From Podospora anserina (lineage: Eukaryota): 64,000 bases of DNA. Both the position numbers and the translations under genes were made by a program. Of the stretch, positions 50,514 through 62,071 are shown in pieces. The stretch spans positions 2,356,001-2,420,000 of the forward strand of contig CM030334.1 of NCBI GenBank assembly GCA_017654855.1. Reading direction: 5' to 3'. Under the pieces are notes generated by a model. It had not been told where the DNA came from and did no database searches. It saw only the letters and a program-made list of their open reading frames with translations. Numbering within the stretch: the stretch's first letter is position 1; the number at the start of each line of letters is the position of its first letter.

Positions 50514-53133
50514 ATGGCATCGTCACCGGTAGCAGAGCTCGAGGCTGGGCTGCAAGCCTTGCTCAGCCTCAAGGCTCCAGGCGTATCTGGTTCTCGGATC
50601 TCAAATCTTACTGCACTTTGCATCAACAACCCACAGGTAAGCGGACTCGTGAAGCGATTCGATTTGATGTTGTAGACGGTTATACTAATTTTGGTGTCTC
50701 ATTTGATAGTCTGAGTCGGTCATCGTCCAAAAATTCTATACACATCTCAAGAAAACGCCCGGAACACACAAGCTGGGCGTCCTCTACGTCGTAGACCAAG
50801 TAGCACGGGAGTGGTTGAAGAAGGCCAAGGCTCTGGGACAGTTTCCCATAAATTCTTCAGCGCAAGATGGCACATATGCTGCGGGCGTGCATAGATTGAC
50901 TGAACTCATGCCCACTCTGATGAACGACAGCATCTCGGCGGCTCCAGAAGATCAAAAGGTACGCACATATGATCATGCACTGAATTTTTGCCGCTCCAGC
51001 ACCCAATAGACGAAAAGAGAGAGGGTGGGTTTTTGCAACTAGCTATTGGCGATGACCTCACAGTTGGCGTAGACAACTGCTGCCCTCGCTTCGTTGTCTT
51101 GCCTCGTCCAGCCGGTGAACTTCGGCAGCATTCTCAAAGTCTTGGGCGCCCACATATACACATACATCCCTGCTTCATCACCATGACTAGTAACTCACAC
51201 GTATGCCGGTATGTAGGACAAGATCAAGAAACTGCTCGATATTTGGGAGAAGGGCGAGACGTTTCCCGCTGCCATGGTTAGTTCCTGGCGGGAGAAGCTC
51301 AATGCTCCCCAGCCGACACGTAGGTCATCCAAGATGTCACCGCTTCTTTGTGTAGATGCACCTCTGACAAGACCCCTGCCAACAGTCCAATCAACAACAC
51401 CTCCCGGAAGCCCTCCCCCCAACCTGATGGCTTCGCTTGGTATTGGAAGCAAGCCGCCTGCACCGCCAGCAACGCAAAGCAACCCTCTAAACATTCTTGA
51501 GACCCTTGCCAACCTGGCTCGCCAAAATGCGCCCAGTACACAGAGTAATCACTCGGCCGGGCCAGTCCCGGCTCCGGCCCCTCCCGCGGCCCCAGTCCAA
51601 GCTCCAGTTCAAGCCCCGGCCCCGATTGCGGCTCCGGCCCCTGCTCCGCTGCCTGCAGCCTTGTACGGCATCCTTGGTAGCCAGCCTGGCAATAGCGCCA
51701 TGCAGCCTGCTGCTCCGCCTGTCAACATGTCCACATTGCCACATGCCTTTCCACCACCCATGGCAGCTCCTCAGCCTGCCCATTTCCCACCACCCGCAGC
51801 ACCTCCAGTGCTCAATGGTGCGGCCAATCCAGCTGCCAATCCGGCGGCCGTCCAGCTATTGAGCGCTTTGCTGGCCCAAGGTGTACCTGTCGAACAAATC
51901 GCCAGCGTAATGCAGCTCATGACCCAAAACACTGCGGCTACCGCATCTCCAGCCGTCCCACAAACCGGCTTCCCGCAGCCACCTCAAGCCGCTTACCCCG
52001 GCTACCCAGCTCCTCCCGTCAGTGCCGGCCCTGGTCCAGCCCCCTGGGAAGCGCCCAGACATGCAGCCGACTCCCGTGATCGCAACGGCTATCACTCACC
52101 GGAGCGTGTTCCCCGTGGTAGATCCCGTTCCCGCTCGCCGGGACGCTGGGACGCCAGAGACTCACCCCGATCCCGCCGCAACGACCGCGGAGGATTCGAC
52201 TACAACCGTCCAGCCTCGCCAAACCGGGGTTACAATGATGACAGGGGATATCGCCAGCGCTCGCCCCAGGGCAGGAGAGGTAGCCCACCAGATAACTTTT
52301 CCCGCCAACAACAGCAACAACAACAACAAGGACCGCCACAGCCCAACGGAGAAAAATGGGTCGATCACGACCCTACCGTTCCCCCTGGCCACTTCAAGGT
52401 CTTGTCGCGAACCCTTTTCGTTGGCGGGGTCATGGTTTCCGAGCCCGAATTACGGGAAATCTTCTCTCGCTTCGGCGAGGTCCAAAGTGCCATTGTTCAC
52501 AAGGAGAAGAGACACGCCTTTGTGAAAATGTATTACAGGAAAGATGCCGAAAAGGCCAAGGCGGCCATGTCGGAGGGCGGGGCGAGGGGGAACGAGCTCC
52601 GGACGAAGTGGGGAGTGGGCTTTGGGCCCCGGGATTGCAGTGATTACGGCACTGGAATTTCTGTTATTCCTATTCAAAAGCTCACGGAAGCGGATAGGAA
52701 GTGGGTGTTGACTGCGCCGTACGGCGGTAGTGGCGGGAGGCCAATTGTGACGGGGATGGTGGTGGAGGAGCCGGATATTGAGATTGGTGCGGGGGTGTCG
52801 AGTAAGGCGATCTCTAGGAGGATGCAAACTGATAAAGGCGGGAGTCACGGGCCTAAGTCAAGTAGGCGGGAGGAGGACCATCACCATGATGGGGGGTATC
52901 AGGGTGGTGGTGGTGGTGGTGGTGGTGGTGGTGGCGGTGGTGGGAGAGGGGGATGGGGAGGAGGGAAGAAGGATAGGGGTGGAAGGGGAGGGGGTTTTGA
53001 TGGGAAGAGGGGAAGTCATGGCGGGAATGGAAACCAACAGAATGGCGATGATCCAATTGTTATGGAATTGCCGCCGGGAATCCAAATGAGTAGGAATGGG
53101 CCGGTCTTTCAGGGGTTTAATGGTGGTTATTAG
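50514..53133 (+). CDS. NRD1: Nrd1/Seb1 RNA-binding protein (CID + RS-rich + RRM)
   Basis: CID (HKLGVLYVVD, KIKKLLDIW); RSRSRSP; RRM SRTLFVGGV..KWGVGFGPRDCSDY; introns 50637..50709, 50959..51216, 51320..51385. Confidence 0.93.
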
Positions 53134-53808
53134 GGTTTGCCTTTTTTTCTTCTCTAGTAGCAGCGTCATGGACAAAATAATAGGACTTGCATTGCAAAAT
53201 GAAGGCCTTGAATATAGCAGACATGACTTCAGCTTTCATTTATTAAAGCTTGTTTATTCACTTCTCTTTTGAGGCCTTCAAAAATAGCAGGCAAGCCCTC
53301 GACTATGTTTCCAACTCGTATTCACTACCTTGACTGTCTTTGAAGGCCTCTTGGCTATCCTTCGATAGTTATTTCTCTTTTAAAGGTGTTAAGCCAACAA
53401 TATATTATATGTTTTACTGACTTGGTGTGTCTGGCCAGGTATAGAACTCAAGGCTGGGGAAAAGGGGCAATAGGATGATGGGCACCTATCGAGAGCGTTG
53501 GGTAAAACATGATGAGGTTCTAGTAGTGGGTTGGCTCGGCATGATGCCTTGACATAAGAAGCAGGGAAAACAATGGTATTTGGACAATTGTGGAGTGACT
53601 GAGAATGCATTTGTTCTCTTGTCCCGCCTTTCACATCACTGCCGTATACCATACCCAAACCAGTCACAGGCAGAAGAATATCAAACGGGCATTCCCATAT
53701 CCCACAATGTCTGTGTGCATGCACGTCTCTTATATACCCGACCTCCACATCACCTGTTCAAGGCAACCTCAACTCCTTTGTCATCATGCCGTTGCTCCCC
53801 ATTCTACC

Positions 53809-55956
53809 TCACCCCCTCCTCAATTTATACGTCCCCCCCAACCCAGGAAAAGCCCTCTCAAACTCCCCCCCCAAACTCCAGCTCTCCAACCTCCTCACAT
53901 GCGCCTCAAAAGCGGGATTAATCACCATCCCATCCCCCACCCCTGCGACCGCCCCTTTCTCTTTCTGTCGTAGTAGTACACACCCCCCCTCCCCCTCCCC
54001 TTCCTCCCCCCAACCAACCCTCAAAGTCCCAGTAAACGGTATAAAAAAATTCTCAAACTCTATCCCCCCCTCCTCCGTATCATCATCACACATTTGTACA
54101 ATCCTCTCCCTCATCCCTCCCCAGGGTATATAATCCACCCAGGCCGGGTGCCTTTTCCGTCTCTGCAAACCCCCGGGGCGAAAATACTCCGGGATCCTCT
54201 CCCAGTTTTCTCTTGTGGGGGAGACTTGCCAGCGCATGAGGAGGAACATGAGGTACAAAACCGCTGCGCGCTCCGGGAGACGGGACAGGCCGGGGAAGCG
54301 GGCGAGGATGTCCGTAAAAACTTTTGATAGGGGGTGGGAGGGGGTTGACGGGTTGAGGAGGGAGGAGATGGAGGGGTAGGGCGGACCGAGGACGTCGTTT
54401 GCGTGCGAGGAGGGGAGGGAGAGGAGGTGGCGGCGTTCGGAGAGGAAATCTAGGAGGATTGAGTCGAGGGGGCAGGTTGGGGGGGAGTTGAGTGGGAGGG
54501 TGAAGAAGTCTTCTTCATCATCTTCTTCTTCTTGGGGTTGATGTTGTGGTAGTGGTGGTGGTTGAGTGGGTTTCGTGAAAGGGGTTTGTGTGGGTGGTAT
54601 CAACAGAGGGACTTGATGATGGTACTGGGTGGAAGCAGCAGCAGCAGCGTTTTGATGTATCCGGGCGATTTTCTGGGCCGGGTCGAGGAGGAATTCGAGG
54701 CCGAGACGGTCTGAACCTAGGTCCAACCCGTGACCGAGGTCGTGGCGTTGCTGGGCGAGAATACCAGCCTGGGAAGAGGGTTGAGGTTGCTGAAGCTGGT
54801 GTGGCTGGTGTGGATGTTGCTGGTGTGGATGTTGCTGGTGTGGATGTTGCTGGTGTGGATGTTGCTGGTGTTGTTGACCTTCTGTGCACATGGGCGTCAC
54901 CACAGGCGACATACTGTTATGCCATCGTCCATGAGTACCGACAGAGCCCGGAGAGGCAACACTGCCCGGGCCAGACCCCGAAAACCCCACAGATGTCGGA
55001 GTTGGTGCTACTAGTCCATGCTGTTGGTGGTGCAACGACGGATGGTGTGTCTGAGCTGGCGAAGGTAACGGCGCAGGATGCTGCTGCCCAACTATACATC
55101 CCATCAACCTCTGGGCAGGAACGCGACGAGACAAACAAAACTTACCTATTGGCGACCCCTTAGCCAGCAGAGGCTGAACCAAGTGCATAATACTAGCCAG
55201 ACATGCCTTCACCTCGGCCAGCTCCGCCTCAACAGCCTCCCTCTGGCGAACAGCAGCCTGCAGCTCCAGATACGGCTGCTGAGACTTGAGCTCACGAATC
55301 TCCCGCTCATACTGCTCAATCTTGAGGCGCTGCCTCTCTCGGATAGCACGCTGTGCGTCACGATCTGACAGCCTCGTTAGTGCTATCCATGACTAGGGGG
55401 AGCAGGTTAGAGGGGCCGGAGAGAACAATGAATGAATACCCCCCGGATAACCGCACCCGCCCTTGCAATCCAGCCCAAAAAAATGTTTCCACACTTTCCG
55501 GAGCGGGATGCCGACCGCCATCGGGGGAGGATTTCACACCACCAGGAGAAAAAGACGTTAGAACAAGCTCCACTTACCATTCGCCCGTTTCTTGGCCAGC
55601 TGCTCCGGGGTCAAGTTCGCAACTCCTCTCGATCCCGGGACCGCCTTGCGCTTTTTGGAGATTCCACCGGTGCCGACATCGTCTGCCGTGTTGTCCGGGA
55701 GGTTGCTGTTGGCAGTCCCGTCGGTGTTCACACCGCTCATCGGCGTCGTTATCGTTGAGGAAATAGACGCAGACGCGGTTGACGATTCCCCGTTACTGCT
55801 GCCGAATTCACCACCGACACCTCCGGACCCGGGCGCCAATGCTCGTGGCCCTTTTCCTCCCCCTCTAATGAGGGCCGAGACCGTTGCGGGTGCAGCAGCA
55901 GATGCGGCGGGTGTGAATGATGCAAGGCCATTCAAATTGACATGGTTCCCGGCCAT
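53809..55956 (-). CDS. bZIP transcription factor with C-terminal DUF3425-like domain
   Basis: LTPEQLAKKRAN|DREAQRAIRER basic region across intron 55577..55365; a second intron starts near 55145; C-terminal HPAWVDYIPW..RE. Confidence 0.88.
54804..54870. repeat. 15-nt coding tandem repeat (HQQHP)x4
   Basis: GCTGGTGTGGATGTT repeated 4 times within the bZIP CDS. Confidence 0.9.
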
Positions 55957-56286
55957 GGCCCGAATTGAAAGAAAGAGTTAGTAAAGATGATGCCGCCGGA
56001 TGTTCAACGGCCGGCGTCATCCGAATACAACTGTGTGTAACACCACGCTTTCAACTTCGCACACACCCTTCTCGCTCGCTGTGGATGCGCGGTCGCCGAA
56101 TAAACGGACCCGACAACGCGGTAACGGAAGCGGCGGGCGGCTGATGGGATCATCAGCCACAGCACGACATCAAATTATGACTAATCACATTCGTTGAGTT
56201 TTATGCTAAACATCGTGTTCAGTTATTCGGTTCTTTTTTATACACGCCTGCCTACCAATGCCAAAGCAACCAAAAAAGTAAGGGTA

Positions 56287-58187
56287 TCAATAAGAAAACT
56301 TTTGAATAACCGATCCAACGCCAACAAACAAACTGGGATGCTGATCAGAAGCCACCGTCTGGAACTGGATGGCCTTCACCACCCCCGGTGCCTTACTCTT
56401 GTCCACATCCCCCGATGGCATCCTCGATCCATCCCGTAGCGAGTACAGTCCAACCGTGCAATCATCATGAGCAGCCGCAACAACACCATGTCCATACCCC
56501 GGCTGCGTAAGCACATCCAGCCCAATCTTGATATGTGCCTCGTTGCGATAGCCAGGAAACTCCACCGCCGGAGCCGCAGTGTTTCGCTCCCAGGGCTCAA
56601 ACGGCTTCTCGCCCGCCTTCTGCTCCTTCGCTTTCACAAAGCGAAGATCATAGATGCACATCGCGTTCTTTGGTCCCGCAGCGAGGACATCAAAGCCACC
56701 GACGGCCCTGAGATGTGCCACGCTGCTCTTGTGGCGGAAAACCATCGAATCCCATGCTTCCGGCGCCGTCCGCGTATCGAGTTGACAAACGTGACCTGAA
56801 CGAGTGCCGGCGAGGACCACTTGAGGCTGCGCATGAAGAAAGTCAACCGCGAGTACATCGCCCCGAAAAGGCGGCACAAGTTTCGCTGGTCGACGCCTGG
56901 TGTCCATTTCAGTCGTGGCAGCAGTCGCACCAGGACCTCGGGCACAATACACGCCACGCTGGGTTCCCAAAACAAGTCTGGCCCCGGTCTCTTCAGGCGA
57001 CCAGTCTCCAGCGTTGATGTAGTTATTACGTAGTGTGGTTATGAGGCCGCCACTGTGCAAGACTACAATGCAAGAATCAAGTCAGCAAATCGGTTCTGGT
57101 CTGAGTCACAAAACTCCAGAATGGGTGAGCAGAAAGAAGGCCACCCACGTGGGAAACACCCTTCTTGCCCGGAAGAGAATCCATATTCGTAGTACGCTTT
57201 CGGGGTGGTGGAATGGATGTGGTTGCCAAGGAATAACAGCGCTTCTCGCCTTCCTTTAATACCAACCATGTTGGTGTCCCCCCTTTCGCTCCTATGTTCA
57301 ACGTACCGTCCTGGCCAGCGACACCTCCGTACCCGGTTGCAAAGGTAGTTGACCCTTCAGATAAACACACGTTAGCAATTCAATATCCTGCCCCCCTCAA
57401 CAAGAGTAAACCAACCTCCCCTCCCTTCCCAACGGCGCAGCCGAAACCGACATCCCCATCTGTTCCATCCCTACATCATCACTATTAGCAACCCCCCACC
57501 TTCTCCAACCAAGTTACCAAACTCACCAGCAAAAACCCACACCGACTCCTCACCAACCTCATCCTCCTCCTTCTCCCACCCATCCTCCCCCTCCTTCCTC
57601 CCCTCCTTCTGCGCCTCCCTCTGCCCAGCCACATAAAAACAATCAATCACCCCCCCGTCCCCCTCCTCCAAATTAACCCACATCTTGATCTTCCCCCTAT
57701 CCTCCAACCCCCCAGCCCACTCCTTTACAATCCCATCATCCCCTTCCCGCCCAGTCTCCCTCCCCAACACCCAACCAACATCAACCCTCCTAACCCTCTC
57801 TCTCCTCACCCTCTCCTTCCACTCCCTCTCCCCCCTTTCCCTCTCCACCTCCTTCCTCCGCCTCTTCACCTCCCCTTCACTCCCCCAAGCAGCCGCCCCA
57901 CCAGGCAACACCGTCCTTTTGCTATCCTCAATCTTGAAGTACTTCCTCTTGACCTCATCTATATCATCCCCCAAGTCAGCACATGTGTCAGCCAAGTTTC
58001 CTTCCCCTCTCCCACCTTGCGCACACCCTCGCCATCTCTAAAGAGTAAGAGATTGGTCCCCCATGAAAAGCTAAAGAACATCGCCAGAAACCCTCATCAC
58101 ATGACCTCTTGACCCTCAAAAAGAGAAAAAAAGAAAAAAAATTTACGTACCATAGTAAAACCCCGGAATCTCCCTCGGAGGTGGCAT
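56287..58187 (-). CDS. WD40-like protein, WDR21/DCAF4-like (putative CUL4-DDB1 substrate receptor)
   Basis: N-terminal EIPGFYY|DEVKRKYFKI across intron 58150..57959; LAGTRSG and CIYDLR (DxR/DWD-like) blades; several further introns only roughly placed. Confidence 0.7.
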
Positions 58188-58856
58188 CCTGACTTCTTTG
58201 CGTCCTGAACCAAAATCCTCCAATCTCCGACAATTGTCCGAATCGGGGCAAAAAGAAAACGGTGATGATGCAACTCGTAGTGGGTTGTTGGTGGCGAGTT
58301 GTCTAACAGGGAACCGCTTCAGAAAAGAGAATTGGTGTGATATTGGTGCTTACAGTAGTATTTTCTCTGGCGCAGTCGAAAGTGCAGATAGCGACTCGTG
58401 TTGTTGGTAGTGGCCGTTCGGCTGTCCAAAAGAGCATGAAAATCTTTGCCCAACAATGACAAGAGGTCGGTGCACGTGGGCAAAGCCAAAAAAACCACTT
58501 ATTCATGCTCGCCGGCAGCCACCATCAGCGCCACCATCACCACCACCCCTCTAGCAAGGTACATGTCACCACCACAGCAAAGCCAGTGTGAACGTAATTA
58601 TGTTTTACTGTTTATTAGATCTGTCTAAAGTATCGGGGCGCCACTAGTCCCCGGACAAAGTCGTGATCAAAGACTCCGAAAAATTAAAGTAGGTGCCCTG
58701 TAGCAGGCTCTCGACCCATGCCATGGTCTTATCATTCCTCCCAAAAGCCGAGGCGCTGCTATTCAGGGCGGGGTATGCGTTAAAAAAAACCATGGTATCT
58801 TAATTTGGTGCCATAACCATGGCACCCTGCCCATCCAAGCCATGCAACGAGGTCGC

Positions 58857-61800
58857 TTACTGCGACTTCTCGTGCTGCGTAGACACACGCTGGAGAGAGA
58901 CAACAAAGTCCTCCAGCGATCTCTGCTTCTGGTTGCCCTTGGGGGACTTGCCGTGCATGAGGTTGTCAAACCCGACAGAGTCCTGGAGGATGTAGTAAAC
59001 ACCGCCCATGACGCAGAACACACCGAAAGAGAAGACCCAGACACGGACAACCGCGACGATCGAAGTCTGATCACCGCCCTCAAACCATCCGAAGATACAG
59101 AAGAGAGTGGCCAAAATGTCAACGACGAGAATAGCGCCGGCCAATTGCCACGAGGGAAGAGAGGACCAGAAGGGACCGTTGGCACTGGAAAAGAGTTAGC
59201 ATACTGCTTCATAGTCAACACAAAATCAAGGATAAAAACATACCGAGTGATGAAGATGAGCCAGTTCTCAGTGAGCGAGATCTGAAGGAAGACAACCTCG
59301 TCGAGGTTACCGAAGTTCTGGATGATACCACCGTTGGGGTGGGCGTACATGGTGGTGACAGTGATCCAGGTACCGACGGCAAGGACGACACCGAGAAGGA
59401 CGGACATACCCCAGAGCTTGGGCAGGTTCCACTTGACGGGGGTCTTGGAGTAGGGAGCGTTGTCGTAGGCAATGGCAAGGGTGGCAACATCAGCGAAAAT
59501 GGCGATGAAGACAACGAGCTCAATGTTGAGGGAGCGGTTGAGGATGGCGATCCAGAGACCAAGGTAGATCTCGAGATGGATCGACAGAGCGATACGGTAG
59601 ACAACGTAGGCGTACATGCGGTGGAAAATCTGGCGAGAAGTCTTGAGGGCATCAATGATGGCACCGAGACCAGGGGCAAGGAAAACGATATCGGCAGCAG
59701 AACGGGCAGCATCGGAAGCACCCTCGACAGCAATACCAGTGTCAGCCTTCTTGAGCGAGGGAGCATCGTTGACACCGTCACCAGTCATGGCAACGAGGTA
59801 GCCACGCTGCTGGAGAATCTCGACGACATTGTACTTGTGCTGGGGGAAGACCTCGGCGAAACCATCGGCAGCCTCGACGAAATCGTAAACCTCAGAGCCG
59901 GGCATGTCACCGCCGCCACCGAGACCGAGACGCTCGGCGTTGTAAACGTTGGTGCCGAGACCGAGCTGGCGAGAAGTCTCACGAGCGATACCGACGGCGT
60001 CACCAGTAAGCATCTTGATGGAGAGACCGAGAGACTTGGCTTCGTTGATGGTGCGGGCGGTATCGTGACGAGGGGGGTCAGAGCAGGGCATGATACCGAG
60101 AATCTCCCAGGAGCCCTCACCACGCTTGCGGGCAACACCGAGGGAACGGAAACCACGGGTAGCGAACTCGGCAACCTTGTTCTTGTAGTCGACATCAACC
60201 TCCTCGGGAATGGGGTGGTCTTCCTCAACGGTCTTCAGGACGAAAAGAGGGGCACCCTTGACGCAGATGATGCGCTCACCCTGGGGAGACTCGACAACGG
60301 CTTGAACCTTCTTGGAGACGGGGTCGAAGGGGTGGAAATCGAGGACCTTGTACTTGGAGAGAACAGACTTGGCACGGGGGTAGAACTTGAGAGACTTGAG
60401 GAAAGCCTTGTCGATGGCATCCATACCCTTCTTCTTGCGGGAAGCGGCCAAGCAGGCAGTCAACATGAGGTCCTCGGGCTCGACACCAGCAACGGTGTAG
60501 GGCTCAGCGAGAGAGAGCTTGTTCTTGGTGAGAGTACCAGTCTTGTCAGAGCAGAGAATCTCGACACCGGCAAGGGACTCGATGGCAGAGAGCTTCTGGA
60601 CGATGGCCTTCTTCTTGGCAAGGTAAGCAGCGCCGACAGCCATGGTGGTGGTGACGACGGCGGGAAGACCGACGGGAACACCAATGATGGTAATGGCGAG
60701 GGTGAACTCAAGGATCTTGACGATGCCGTTGTCGCGGTAGAAGGAAGCAACCCAGACGACCAAGTTGGTGAGAATGACGAGAACCAGGAGAATAGTACCA
60801 ATGCCGTTGAGAACCTCGGTGAAGTGACCGGAGCCGGCGCTAGCAGCGTTCACGAGGGCAGCGGCACGACCGACGAAGGTGTTGTCACCGGTAGCGGTAA
60901 CGACGAGGAAGGCCTCACCACGCTTGACAGCGGAAGAAGCGTAGCAGGAGTCGTTCTTGTGCTTGTCGACGGCGAGAGACTCACCGGTGATGGCAGACTG
61001 ATCAACCTGGAGGAAAGCATCATCGGTGACGATGCGACCATCGGCGGGAATAATGGTACCCTCCTCAACCTGCAGGATGTCACCGGGGACGACCTCGGGG
61101 GCCTCAATCTCCTTGAGGGTGCCATCACGGAGGACGACAGCCTTGAGGGCGAGAGTCCTGTCAATGGGGGTTAGCAGGGCTGTCTGGCGCGGCAGAAAGC
61201 AGGACAAGACAAAACTCACTTCTTGAGTTCATCGACAATAGAACCAGCCTGGTATTCTTGGACGAAACCGACGACAGCGTTGAGAAGGAGCAGACCGCAA
61301 ATGACACCGAAATCAACCCAGTCCTCGAGACCAGCAGCCACTGCCAGGTAAAGACGGTTAGCAAAAGCAATTCTTGTCGTTAGAACGTGGATTGGCGATG
61401 CATGAAGCCACTCCGCTTGGCGCCCCGCTGAGCTGCAGAGGCGCCATGGCAGAGTGGGGGGCGAGATGCAAACATCGCCAAGGAAAATGTTTGGTGAGCC
61501 AACTTACAGACGGCGGCAGCCTCCATGACGAACTGAATGGGACCGACGAAGAAGCCAAGGAACTTCAGGAGAAGATTCTCCTTCTCCTCCTTCATCTGGT
61601 TGAGACCATACTTGCGGCGTCTCTGGGTAACCTCCTGCTCGGTGAGACCGACGCGGGTGTCGGTCTGGAGCATGTCCTCAGGAATGACGCGCCCGGATCC
61701 GGGAGCGACCTCCTCTTCTTCCTCAAACTAGACACGAGATGGGTTAGCAGGCGATCCATCATTGACCGATTGGTCAAGCTGCCAAGGCCGACACCAACCC

Positions 61801-62071
61801 CCCCAAAACCAAGGCCGAAGCGACCGGGTGGTGGGCGGAATGGGGCGCGATGTGCGCTTGGCGAGACCGGGGTAGGGGGAAAGCTCACCATGCCATGGCC
61901 GTCGTTGGACTCGAGGTCCTCGATGAGGGCGTCAATGTCCTCATCCTCCTCCTCTTCCTCCACGACCTTTTGCTTGGGAGGGGCGGCATGGTGAGGGGCC
62001 TTTTCGTCAAAGTTGCCACTCTCAATGTTGGTCGACAGCGCGGGAGCGCCGGTGGTCGAGTGTTCGGCCAT
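58857..62071 (-). CDS. PMA1: Plasma membrane H+-ATPase (P3A-type)
   Basis: [38 protein letters not shown]-terminal [11 protein letters not shown]; introns 61888..61728, 61507..61341, 61219..61158, 59243..59185. Confidence 0.98.

Noticed and set aside
57985..58105. Box C/D-like motifs in WD40 intron 1
   Set aside because: The D box abuts the branch site and the putative guide has only about 8 contiguous bp to rRNA recalled from memory
59339..61174. 611-aa antisense ORF over PMA1 (also 405 aa over CIT1, 386 aa over the FGGY kinase, 354 and 296 aa over NIC96)
   Set aside because: Mirror ORFs expected from strong codon bias of the sense genes; no independent protein features
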